DNA of 64,000 nt. It comes from Oscillospiraceae bacterium. GTDB taxonomy: Bacteria; Bacillota; Clostridia; Oscillospirales; Oscillospiraceae. Position numbers and translations under genes: made by a program. Positions 27,564 to 35,857 of the stretch are shown here, piece after piece (the first letter of the stretch is position 1; every line of letters begins with the position of its first letter). A model generated the notes under the pieces. That model searched no databases. It was given only the letters and a program-made list of their open reading frames with translations, and was not told the origin of the DNA. The stretch covers positions 1,790 through 65,789 of the forward strand of contig JAZUPH010000073.1 of NCBI GenBank assembly GCA_045605145.1, written 5' to 3'.

Positions 27564-27680
27564 TTTGTGTTGCAATTTGAACAATTATATTATAATATGT
27601 TCATACTCACCTAAAAATTCCCACCGTTATGTAAATCGGTATTATTGTCAAAAGTCAATTTCAGGGAGGTTTAAGGAACC

Positions 27681-29066
27681 ATGAAGAAGAAGATTTTCGG
27701 CTTATTGCTCGCTGTGTGCCTTCTGGTAAGCGTCGTACCCATGATGGCATCCACCGCTTCCGCCACCGGCGACAGCATTGCCTATTATCTGTACGGTCAC
27801 ACTATGCAGAAGGGCGAATCCGTACGCGGCGTGTGCAACGCGCTGGGTGTGGATTTCTACGCCAACGACAAGCTCATCCAGGATATTAACGGCATCACCA
27901 ACTACTACTATGTTACTGCCGGCAGCATCGTGTACATTCCTGTCAGCACACAGCCCGCCAGCGGTCCCTACTACACCGTGTACGCACACATCGCTGTAGC
28001 CGGTGACACCATGTACAAGCTGTGCAAGAGCTATGGCATCAACTATGCCCAAAATCTTGAGCTGCTGAAGATCCTCAACAACAGCCGCAACCTGTCCAAC
28101 ATCGTAAAGGGCAAGGTCGTGTATCTGCCCGTATTCACCGCAGCGGGCACTGCCGGCGGCGCAACCCCCGGTACCGGTACTACCACTCCCACTACCCCCA
28201 GCACCCCCACTACTCCTACTACTCCCAGCACTCCGACCACTACCCCCACTACTAAGCCCACTACCGGCACTGTTGTCTACTACCTGGCTTCCCACATCAT
28301 GACCGCAGGCGAGACCGTAAAGGGTGTTTGTGATTACTACGGCGCTGATTTCGCCGCCAATGAGGCGTTCATCCGTCAGCTCAACGGCATCACCAATTTC
28401 TCCAATGTTCCCATCGGAACCCTTATCTACTTCCCCGTTACCACCAAGCCCAACACCGCTACCCCCTACTATGCAGTAACCGCACACGTGGTCGTTAGGG
28501 GCGATACCGTGTACAAGCTGTGCAAGGCCTATGGCGTGGACTACGGCAAGAATCTCGAGCTGCTGAAGATCCTCAACAACAGCCGTAATCTGTCCGTTAT
28601 CTCCGTGGGTGATGTGATTTATCTGCCCATCCTCAACGGCTCCGGCTCCACCGGCGGCACCACTACCCCCACCACGCCTACCACACCTACTACTCCCACC
28701 ACTCCGTCCACTCCCACAACATCTACCGTGACGATCACCATCCCCAGCACTGCCGCTTCCGAGGCAGCGACTGAGGCAAAGATCGCGGCTAACGGCGACA
28801 CCGTCTCCGCCTATATCAGGATCGACAATCAGGACGGCAAGCTGGTGTGTACCCTTACCAGCACAGAGCCTACCAGCGGCAACTACTTCATCGTTGTCAG
28901 CCATACCATTAAGTACGGCGACACCGTTGGCGGCATGTGCAAGGCCTACGGCATCGACTACAACACCAACAAGGCTCTGATGCAGGTGCTCAACAACACC
29001 AATAATCTGGGCATGATCTACTCCGGCGATACCTTCTTCATCCCGGTGTATGTTGTGGCAGACTGA
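27681..29066 (+). CDS. secreted multi-LysM-domain protein with Pro/Thr linkers
   Basis: Signal peptide MKKKIFGLLLAVCLLVSVVPMMA. Five LysM-like modules arranged (A-B)-PT-(A-B)-PT-spacer-B. RBS GGGAGG. Confidence 0.85.
   Translation: MKKKIFGLLLAVCLLVSVVPMMASTASATGDSIAYYLYGHTMQKGESVRGVCNALGVDFYANDKLIQDINGITNYYYVTAGSIVYIPVSTQPASGPYYTVYAHIAVAGDTMYKLCKSYGINYAQNLELLKILNNSRNLSNIVKGKVVYLPVFTAAGTAGGATPGTGTTTPTTPSTPTTPTTPSTPTTTPTTKPTTGTVVYYLASHIMTAGETVKGVCDYYGADFAANEAFIRQLNGITNFSNVPIGTLIYFPVTTKPNTATPYYAVTAHVVVRGDTVYKLCKAYGVDYGKNLELLKILNNSRNLSVISVGDVIYLPILNGSGSTGGTTTPTTPTTPTTPTTPSTPTTSTVTITIPSTAASEAATEAKIAANGDTVSAYIRIDNQDGKLVCTLTSTEPTSGNYFIVVSHTIKYGDTVGGMCKAYGIDYNTNKALMQVLNNTNNLGMIYSGDTFFIPVYVVAD
28161..28268 (+). 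repeat. coding Pro/Thr linker repeat 1 (TTP/STP units)
   Basis: ACC/ACT/CCC codon repeats encoding TPGTGTTTPTTPSTPTTPTTPSTPTTTPTTKPTTG. Confidence 0.85.
28653..28724 (+). repeat. coding Pro/Thr linker repeat 2
   Basis: Encodes GGTTTPTTPTTPTTPTTPSTPTTS. Confidence 0.85.
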
Positions 29067-29083
29067 TACATACGCAAAACTTA

Positions 29084-29113
29084 ATGAGGGGGATGGAAAT
29101 CCCCCTCATTTTT
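29084..29113 (+). terminator. LysM gene terminator
   Basis: Stem ATGAGGGGGAT/ATCCCCCTCAT followed by TTTTT. Confidence 0.85.
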
Positions 29114-29157
29114 GTGTATAATCTCCCCATCAAATCTTCCTCACTTACGGAGGGTGC

Positions 29158-29823
29158 ATGATAAACATTCTATTCGAAGACGAACATCTTTTGATATGCG
29201 AAAAACCGGCCGATGTCCTGTCAGAGGCAGACGGCAGCGGCAGGGATATCCTGTCCCTTATTGCGGCACAGACCGGTCAGCAGTGTCTTCTCGTACACCG
29301 CCTTGATCGCGGCACAGGCGGCGCGATGCTTCTGGCAAAGAATAAGGCCGCAGCAGCCAAGCTGTCCGCGCTCATTCAGGGACGGGAATTTCACAAAGAG
29401 TATCTGGCAGTTGTAAGCGGCGTCCCTAATGAGCCGCAGGGTGTTTTCAAGGACCTGCTGTTTAAAGATGCCCGCAAAAACAAAAGCTATGTTGTCACCA
29501 GACAGCGCAAGGGTGTGAAAGAGGCATCACTGGAATATCGGCTGCTGTCCACCGATGACAATGGCGGGAAGCCCGCATCCCTTGTGAAAATACTACTGCA
29601 CACCGGCAGGACACATCAGATTCGCGTGCAGTTTGCCGCGCGCAAAATGCCCCTGTTGGGTGATGGGAAATACGGCAGCACCGTTAACGGCTGCAGTACC
29701 GCGCTTTGGAGCCATTGCATCGCCTTTAGACATCCTGGGACGGGCGAGGATATTTGCGTGTACTCACACCCGCCGAAAGAGTATCCATGGCATTTGTTTA
29801 AAATTGATACCGATACTAAATAA
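29158..29823 (+). CDS. RluA-family pseudouridine synthase
   Basis: 221 aa. Catalytic HRLDRGTGG motif, KPA(D)VLS. RBS GGAGGG. Confidence 0.85.
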   Translation: MINILFEDEHLLICEKPADVLSEADGSGRDILSLIAAQTGQQCLLVHRLDRGTGGAMLLAKNKAAAAKLSALIQGREFHKEYLAVVSGVPNEPQGVFKDLLFKDARKNKSYVVTRQRKGVKEASLEYRLLSTDDNGGKPASLVKILLHTGRTHQIRVQFAARKMPLLGDGKYGSTVNGCSTALWSHCIAFRHPGTGEDICVYSHPPKEYPWHLFKIDTDTK

Positions 29824-29828
29824 CAAAC

Positions 29829-29864
29829 CAACACCCTGCCTGTTTACTATGCGGCAGGGTGTTG
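29829..29864. terminator. hairpin between convergent rluA-like and tmcAL genes
   Basis: 12-bp stem CAACACCCTGCC/GGCAGGGTGTTG. U-tracts are weak on both strands. Confidence 0.55.
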
Positions 29865-29894
29865 TGTGTAGATTGAGTTATTTAACCCCAATAT

Positions 29895-31079
29895 TTACAG
29901 CATTACAGGGCTTGTGGTCCACTCCTGTCCGCCGGTGCGGCGAGCTTTGGCAGGCAGGGCAAGCGTGTAAAGGTCGGTAGCCGCGGCCTCAAGCTCAAAT
30001 ACCCGCTCGGCACGGCCGCCAAGTCCGCGTACCGCGGCAGGCTTTGTAATGACAGGAACAGAGGGCGTGCAGCTTTTGAGGATTTGGCGTCCCCGTTCAT
30101 TCGCGCCCAGAATACTAACATACGGCGGAGTTCCGTCTGCGTCACCGGCTTTTAATCCCAATGCCGCCCACAGCAACATCCGGCGGATACGCGCCATGGG
30201 GTAGCGCTTGGTTTTCGCCGACTCGCACAGGTCGTTTAATGTGGATGCGGTGCGTGCGCAATTCATAAGGCGGCGGCCGAAACCCTCTTCCCCGCCGGGA
30301 AGGGCGTCCCACGCGGCTTCACTAAGACCGCGAAGGCGGGACAGTATCGCCGTTTCCAGTTCATTCAGGGTCACGGGACCAAAGCCGTCTGAAAAGGCTG
30401 CCGAGTATATTCCCGACGCGGCTGAGGGGATGTAGGGCGTAATACCCCCGCCCTGTGACAGAATTTTGCGCAGCATGGTGGCAGATGCACTGTCGCCGTC
30501 GGCAGACAGCTCGTCATGCCCCGCTCCCTGACGAGGGACGGGTAGCGGCTGTACCGCGTATCCAAGGGCAATAGAGGCCGCGATATATTCCGCGCCCAAA
30601 AGGTCGTTGGGATTTTTAAGAAGCCGGGCATCCGTGCCGGCAAGCCGCTCCGCCGCGAGCTGGCGCGCCGCACCGTAGGTGCTGCCGGAGCGCACATATT
30701 CCTTTATCCTAAGCTGCATTTCCCCGGAGGACAGCACCCGCGCCAGACGGCACAGGGCATCGGCATCGCCGGATTCACTGCCGAAGGATATTGTATCTAC
30801 CCCCAAAGATGCCATAAGCGCAACGCCACCACGGGCAAATCCTTCCGCCGAGCTGAGCGCCCAGGGAAGCGGTAGCCCCACTACAAGGTCGGCCCCACAG
30901 CTGAGCGCGGCCTTTGCGCGGATATGCTTCGGCAGAATTGCCGCATCGCCCCGCTGGACGAAATTGCCGCTCATCACGCAGACAACGGGAGCGCCGCCGG
31001 ACAGCCGCTTCGCCTCGGCGATCTGGTAGGCGTGGCCGTTATGAAAGGGGTTATATTCACAAATAATGCCGACCGGCAT
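29895..31079 (-). CDS. tmcAL: tRNA(Met) cytidine acetate ligase (YlbM/DUF795 nucleotidyltransferase)
   Basis: Start at MPVGIICEYNPFHNGHAYQI (ATG 31079). Characteristic N-terminal HxGH-type motif. Confidence 0.8.
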   Translation of the reverse strand: MPVGIICEYNPFHNGHAYQIAEAKRLSGGAPVVCVMSGNFVQRGDAAILPKHIRAKAALSCGADLVVGLPLPWALSSAEGFARGGVALMASLGVDTISFGSESGDADALCRLARVLSSGEMQLRIKEYVRSGSTYGAARQLAAERLAGTDARLLKNPNDLLGAEYIAASIALGYAVQPLPVPRQGAGHDELSADGDSASATMLRKILSQGGGITPYIPSAASGIYSAAFSDGFGPVTLNELETAILSRLRGLSEAAWDALPGGEEGFGRRLMNCARTASTLNDLCESAKTKRYPMARIRRMLLWAALGLKAGDADGTPPYVSILGANERGRQILKSCTPSVPVITKPAAVRGLGGRAERVFELEAAATDLYTLALPAKARRTGGQEWTTSPVML

Positions 31080-31238
31080 ATATTCACCGCCCTTGTGGGT
31101 AAAATAAGGCAAAAACACTTGTACCAAAAGCAAAACTGTGGTAAAATTTAGAATTGGTAACAGATGGGCGCTTAATGCCCGATTGATATTCTTATTTTAC
31201 AGTTTTTTATAATACTTTGCAAGGAAGGAACAAAGAAA

Positions 31239-32447
31239 ATGAACGTACTTGTTGTCAACGCAGGAAGCTCCTCCGTCAAGTATCAGCTTATCAACATGGA
31301 TGACGGCTCCGTCATGGCCAAGGGCCTGTGTGAGCGCATCGGCGGTACCGGCGGTATGGGCCACATCACCCACACCCCCATCGCAACCGGCAAGGGCAAG
31401 TTCTCCAGCGATATGGACTTCCCCACCCATGCTGAGGCTATCTCCGCTGTTCTGAATCTGCTGGCGGACAAGGAATACGGCGTTGTGGAAAATATCGCCG
31501 ACATCGACGCTGTCGGTCACCGCGTGCTGCACGGCGGGATGGAATTCACCGCCAGCTGCATCATCGATGATAAGTGCATCGCCGCTATTGAGCGCTGCAT
31601 CCCTCTGGGCCCCCTGCACAACCCCGCAAACCTGCTGGGTATCAAGGCCTGCCAGGCCGTTATGCCGGGCGTTCCCCAGGTCGCTGTGTTTGACACCGCT
31701 TTCCATATGACTATGCCCCCCGTCGCTTACAGATACGCCATCGACAAGAAGTATTATGAAGAGGATCAGGTCCGCCGCTACGGCTTCCACGGCACCAGCC
31801 ATCGCTTCATCGCCGAGAAGGCAGCCGAGGTCGCAGGCGGCAACGTCCATCGCCTCATCAACTGCCACCTGGGCAACGGTTCCTCCCTGTGCGCCATCGT
31901 GGACGGCAAATGCGTCGACACCACTATGGGTCTGAGCCCTCTGGCAGGCGTGCCCATGGGCACCCGCTCCGGCGATATTGACCCCTGCGTGGTCGAGTAT
32001 CTGTGCACCACCCACGGCTACTCCGTCAGCGAAGTGCTGAGCATCCTCAACAAGAAGTCCGGCGTTCTGGCTCTGAGCGGCAAGTCCTCCGACTTCCGTG
32101 ACCTTGAGGCCGGCGCTCTCGAAGGCGACGAAGACTGCCAGCTGGCTCTGGACAAGTTCGCTTACGAGTGCCGCAAGTACATCGGCGCTTATGCTGCGGC
32201 TATGGGCGGCGTGGATATGATCACCTTCACCGCAGGCGTTGGCGAGAACTCCGGCGAGATGCGTGAGCGCATCTGCAAAGGCCTTGAGTACATGGGTGTG
32301 GAAATTGATGCCGAGGCCAACACCAAGCGCGGCGACGTGCTGGACATTACCGGCAAGAACAGCAAGGTCAAGGTCATGGTCCTGGCCACCAACGAAGAGC
32401 TGATGATCGCCAAGGATACCGAAGAGCTGGTTAAGGCCGCCAAATAA
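31239..32447 (+). CDS. ackA: acetate kinase
   Basis: 402 aa. MNVLVVNAGSSSVKYQL, HRVLHGG, RYGFHGTSH. Confidence 0.96.
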   Translation: MNVLVVNAGSSSVKYQLINMDDGSVMAKGLCERIGGTGGMGHITHTPIATGKGKFSSDMDFPTHAEAISAVLNLLADKEYGVVENIADIDAVGHRVLHGGMEFTASCIIDDKCIAAIERCIPLGPLHNPANLLGIKACQAVMPGVPQVAVFDTAFHMTMPPVAYRYAIDKKYYEEDQVRRYGFHGTSHRFIAEKAAEVAGGNVHRLINCHLGNGSSLCAIVDGKCVDTTMGLSPLAGVPMGTRSGDIDPCVVEYLCTTHGYSVSEVLSILNKKSGVLALSGKSSDFRDLEAGALEGDEDCQLALDKFAYECRKYIGAYAAAMGGVDMITFTAGVGENSGEMRERICKGLEYMGVEIDAEANTKRGDVLDITGKNSKVKVMVLATNEELMIAKDTEELVKAAK

Positions 32448-32510
32448 GGTGTTTCACGGCGTAAAGGCAAAATAATCTGTAATTTTGGGCGGATTTCGGG
32501 GCAAAAGGCC

Positions 32511-32539
32511 TTGACATCCGCCCATAATGATGATATATT
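32511..32539 (+). promoter_or_regulatory. sigma-A-type promoter for rplU-rpmA
   Basis: TTGACA, 17-nt spacer, TATATT. Confidence 0.6.
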
Positions 32540-32545
32540 ATCAAG

Positions 32546-32621
32546 GCCGCTTTGAAAGGGTAACAAGTGGGTACGCCCCGCCCGGGATAGCGTGACTCTA
32601 AAAATCAAGAGGTGTAAAGAT
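32546..32621 (+). promoter_or_regulatory. possible L21-operon leader RNA
   Basis: ~75-nt GC-rich 5' UTR between the promoter and the rplU RBS. Assigned by position only; I did not verify the motif. Confidence 0.3.
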
Positions 32622-32936
32622 TTGAAACTCGCAATCATTGAGACCGGCGGTAAGCAGTACCGCGTCGCTGAGGGTGACGAGATCTTCATCGAGAAGCTCG
32701 ACGCCGAGGCAGAAGCCAACGTTACCTTTGACAAGGTTCTGGCTGTTATGAACGATGACGCCAACAACTTCGGCGCTCCCTATGTTGAGGGTGCTACCGT
32801 CACCGCTACTGTCGTGAAGAACGGCAAGGGCAAGAAGATCATCGTTTACAAGATGCATCCCAAGAAGAATTACCGCAGGAAGCAGGGCCACAGACAGCCC
32901 TATACCAAGGTTCGCATCGAAGCCATCAACGGCTGA
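32622..32936 (+). CDS. rplU: 50S ribosomal protein L21
   Basis: TTG start 7 nt after GAGGTG gives (M)[14 protein letters not shown], the canonical L21 N-terminus. The ORF-track start at 32592 lies upstream of the RBS. Confidence 0.92.
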   Translation: MKLAIIETGGKQYRVAEGDEIFIEKLDAEAEANVTFDKVLAVMNDDANNFGAPYVEGATVTATVVKNGKGKKIIVYKMHPKKNYRRKQGHRQPYTKVRIEAING

Positions 32937-32964
32937 TGCACCCGTAAATTGGAGGTAACATTGT

Positions 32965-33225
32965 ATGGCACATAAGAAAGGTATGGGTTCCACCAAAAAC
33001 GGGCGCGACAGTAAGTCAAAGCGTCTGGGCCCCAAAAGAGCTGATGGTCAGTTCGTTCTGGCCGGCAACATTCTCGTCCGTCAGCGCGGCACCGCTATTC
33101 ATCCCGGTGTGAACGTTGGCATCGGCAAGGATGACACCCTGTATGCAAAGGCTGACGGTATCGTCCGCTTCGAGCGTATGGGCAAGGATCGCAAGTGCGT
33201 TTCCGTCCGTCCCGCCGCTGAGTAA
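32965..33225 (+). CDS. rpmA: 50S ribosomal protein L27 (no N-terminal propeptide)
   Basis: 86 aa, begins [16 protein letters not shown]. Confidence 0.96.
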   Translation: MAHKKGMGSTKNGRDSKSKRLGPKRADGQFVLAGNILVRQRGTAIHPGVNVGIGKDDTLYAKADGIVRFERMGKDRKCVSVRPAAE

Positions 33226-33284
33226 TTGACGGCAAAGTAAACTAAGGGTAGCTGTTGAAGCGCCCCACATAGTTTGGCATTCAA

Positions 33285-33326
33285 AAAGGCTTGTTGTCTG
33301 CAAAAGACAGCAAGCCTTTTTATTTT
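33285..33326 (+). terminator. rpmA terminator
   Basis: 12-bp stem GGCTTGTTGTCT/AGACAGCAAGCC followed by TTTTTATTTT. Confidence 0.85.
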
Positions 33327-33369
33327 GCCCCGATATATCCGCGCATCATATGTCCCTCACTACCCTTTG

Positions 33370-33429
33370 CATAAAACAACACCCCATCGCCCGGCGCAGG
33401 CACATATTGCCGTCCGGGAAATGGGGTGT
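33370..33429 (-). terminator. metG terminator
   Basis: Minus strand ACACCCCAT...ATGGGGTGT long hairpin followed by TGTTTTATG. Confidence 0.65.
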
Positions 33430-33461
33430 AGTTATTTTAGCGAAACTCGGCTAAATGCTTA

Positions 33462-35405
33462 TCAGCACAGCTTTGCGCCGGCGGGGATGTCGTCAGACAG
33501 GATGAGGAGATTCAGCTTGTCGTCCTTCTCGGCAGAGAGTATCATGCCGTTGGACATCTGGCCCATCATCTTTCTGGGGGGCAGATTGGTGCAGGCGACG
33601 ATTGTTTTGCCCACCAGCTCTTCCGGCTGATAATACTTGGCGATGCCGGAGAGGATAGTGCGCTCTTCGCCGCTGCCGTCATCAAGGGTGAACTTAAGGA
33701 GCTTGTCGCTCTTTTTCACCTTTTCGCAGGTGAGAACCTTGCAGACAGTCATCTCAACCTTGGCAAACTCATCTATGGTGATGGGTTCAGCCTTCTTAGG
33801 CTCTTCCTCCACCACCTCAGGCTCCTGTGCCTTGGCGTTCATGGCCTCAAGCTCGGCCAGTTCCTTATTCAGATCGATGCGCGGGAAAATGGGACTGCCA
33901 GGTACAACATCACAGCCCGCGGGCAGTGCGCCGTACACCGCGGCGGATGCCCAATCGCGGCAATCTGCGGGGCAGCCGATCTGGTCAAGCATCTTCTCAC
34001 AGGATTCAGGCATGAAGGGCTTGAGCAGGATGGAGGCAATGCGGATAGTCTCCAGCAGGTTGTACATCACCTGAGCAAGGCGGGGAGCCTGGGCAGGATC
34101 CTTGGCAAGGACCCAGGGAGCATTCTCATCAATGTACTTGTTGGCGCGGGATACGGCCTTCAGCGTCTCGGTAAGGGCGTTCTGGAAGGCGTACTTGTCC
34201 ATTTCGCGCTGATACACATCGCGCAGGCCGGAGAGGATGCCAACCAGCTCATTATCCGCGTCGGTAACAGTGCGCTCTTCGGGGAGCTTGCCGCCAAAGT
34301 ACTTCTTGACCATGGCCACAGAGCGGCTGACCAGATTGCCCAGGTCATTGGCAAGGTCAGAGTTTATGCGGGAAATAAGCGCCTCATTGGAGAAGTTGCC
34401 GTCACTGCCGAAGGGGAACTCACGCAGGAGGAAAAAGCGCAGTGCATCAACACCGTAGCGCTGTGCAAGGATAACAGGATCCACCACGTTGCCCTTGGAC
34501 TTGGACATCTTGCCGCCGTCCAATAGTAGCCAACCATGGCCGAAAACCTTCTTGGGGAGAGGCATCTCCATGCTCATGAGCATTGCGGGCCAGATGATGG
34601 AGTGGAAGCGGACAATCTCTTTGCCTACGAAGTGGACATCGGCAGGCCAGAACCTGTCATAATCGTCGTACTTGTCGTTAAACAGGCCGAGAGCGGTTGT
34701 ATAGTTGAAGAGGGCATCGACCCATACATACACCACATGACCGGGATCAAAGTCCACAGGCACGCCCCAGGTAAAGCTGGTGCGGGATACGCAAAGATCC
34801 TCAAGGCCGGGCTTTATAAAGTTGTTTACCATCTCATTGACGCGGCTGCGCGGCTCAAGGAAATCGGTATTCTCCAGAAGATCCTGCACGGGCTTGGCGT
34901 ACTTGGAAAGACGGAAGAAATACGCCTCCTCCTTGGCAGGGTGGACGTCACGGCCGCAGTCGGGACACTTACCCTCAACCAGCTGGCTCTCGGTCCAGAA
35001 GCTCTCACAGGGGGTGCAGTACATACCTTCGTATGCGCCCTTATAAATATCACCATTGTCGTACATCTTCTTAAAGATGGTCTGGATGCTCTTGACATGG
35101 TAGTCGTCAGTGGTGCGGATAAAGCGGTCATAGGAAATGTTCATCAGCTTCCACAGATCCAGAATGCCGCCCTTGCCGGTGACGATATTGTCAACAAAGG
35201 CCTGGGGAGTAACGCCGGCCGCCTTGGCCTTCTCTTCTATTTTCTGTCCATGTTCATCGGTACCGGTGAGGAACATCACCTCATGCCCACGCATTCGCAT
35301 ATATCTGGCCATGGCATCGGTCGCCACGGTGCAGTAGGTGTGGCCGATATGCAGCTTATCCGAGGGGTAGTAGATGGGCGTTGTGATGTAGAATTTTTCA
35401 CTCAT
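33462..35405 (-). CDS. metG: methionine--tRNA ligase with C-terminal tRNA-binding (Trbp111/EMAP-like) domain
   Basis: 647 aa. HIGH-type motif (KLHIGHTY), KMSKS, Zn knuckle CPDCG. Confidence 0.96.
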   Translation of the reverse strand: MSEKFYITTPIYYPSDKLHIGHTYCTVATDAMARYMRMRGHEVMFLTGTDEHGQKIEEKAKAAGVTPQAFVDNIVTGKGGILDLWKLMNISYDRFIRTTDDYHVKSIQTIFKKMYDNGDIYKGAYEGMYCTPCESFWTESQLVEGKCPDCGRDVHPAKEEAYFFRLSKYAKPVQDLLENTDFLEPRSRVNEMVNNFIKPGLEDLCVSRTSFTWGVPVDFDPGHVVYVWVDALFNYTTALGLFNDKYDDYDRFWPADVHFVGKEIVRFHSIIWPAMLMSMEMPLPKKVFGHGWLLLDGGKMSKSKGNVVDPVILAQRYGVDALRFFLLREFPFGSDGNFSNEALISRINSDLANDLGNLVSRSVAMVKKYFGGKLPEERTVTDADNELVGILSGLRDVYQREMDKYAFQNALTETLKAVSRANKYIDENAPWVLAKDPAQAPRLAQVMYNLLETIRIASILLKPFMPESCEKMLDQIGCPADCRDWASAAVYGALPAGCDVVPGSPIFPRIDLNKELAELEAMNAKAQEPEVVEEEPKKAEPITIDEFAKVEMTVCKVLTCEKVKKSDKLLKFTLDDGSGEERTILSGIAKYYQPEELVGKTIVACTNLPPRKMMGQMSNGMILSAEKDDKLNLLILSDDIPAGAKLC

Positions 35406-35489
35406 TGGTCTCGTTCCTTTCTTCTTATGGCTGCGCAGGCGCCATACAAGCGCATGAACGCATTTTCAAGTATTTACCATAACCACATT

Positions 35490-35519
35490 ATTATAACACC
35501 CCGCAGTAAGATAATGCAA
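35490..35519 (-). promoter_or_regulatory. sigma-A-type promoter for metG
   Basis: Minus strand TTGCAT, 18-nt spacer, TATAAT, about 85 nt upstream of the metG ATG. Confidence 0.5.
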
Positions 35520-35634
35520 GCCGCAGCAAAGGAAATATCCCGCTTTATGTGCCCAAACAGCGGCGAAAGCAGTGTTTTTTCGACAAAACTTCCTATGGAC
35601 AAAAAGGTGGCGGCTGAGGTATCATAATATTGCA

Positions 35635-35746
35635 GCTTATCCAATGGCATTGAGGATGCCCAAGTCTCACCGAGTGGGACAGTAAGCTCATATCTTTATC
35701 CCACAACCCTTATTATGGCGGCCGTATTTGCGGCCGCGCTTTTTTT
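35635..35746 (+). ncRNA. candidate small RNA ending in an orphan plus-strand terminator
   Basis: Hairpins GGCAT/ATGCC (35646-60) and GTCTCAC/GTGGGAC (35664-80), then the terminator at 35718-46. No ORF with an RBS. Possible promoter TGGACA-18-TATCAT at 35596-35625. Confidence 0.3.
35718..35746 (+). terminator. strand-specific intrinsic terminator with no upstream plus-strand gene
   Basis: GCGGCCG-TATTTG-CGGCCGC (7 GC pairs) followed by GCTTTTTTTG. The minus-strand reading has no U-tract. Confidence 0.7.
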
Positions 35747-35789
35747 GCGTTCCCTCGGGGTTAAGATTACAGCCAAAAGCAATACAGCA

Positions 35790-35823
35790 CAAAACCCCCT
35801 GCCGCGGTCAACAGCAGAGGGTT
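35790..35823 (-). terminator. terminator of the zinc-ribbon membrane protein gene
   Basis: Minus strand AACCCTCTGC..GCAGGGGGTT followed by TTGTGCTG. Confidence 0.6.
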
Positions 35824-35857
35824 GTACTCATTAACTAAGTTTTTGTATACCGGCAGT

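Noticed and set aside
28161-28724. Short tandem repeats as a CRISPR-like or minisatellite array
   Set aside because: The repeats are in-frame Thr/Pro codon runs within a single ORF. There are no unique spacers of constant length and no cas genes.
27702-28904. 400-aa minus-strand ORF antisense to the LysM gene
   Set aside because: It is a Gly/Val/Ala-rich translation that mirrors the ACC/CCC (Thr/Pro) codon repeats of the sense gene. It has no RBS or start context, and the sense strand carries a signal peptide and LysM modules. Long antisense ORFs are expected at this GC content.
35406-35560. T-box or S-box leader upstream of metG
   Set aside because: I searched both strands for the GGGTGGTACCGCG-type T-box sequence and for an attenuator and found none. 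A good promoter sits only about 85 nt from the start codon.
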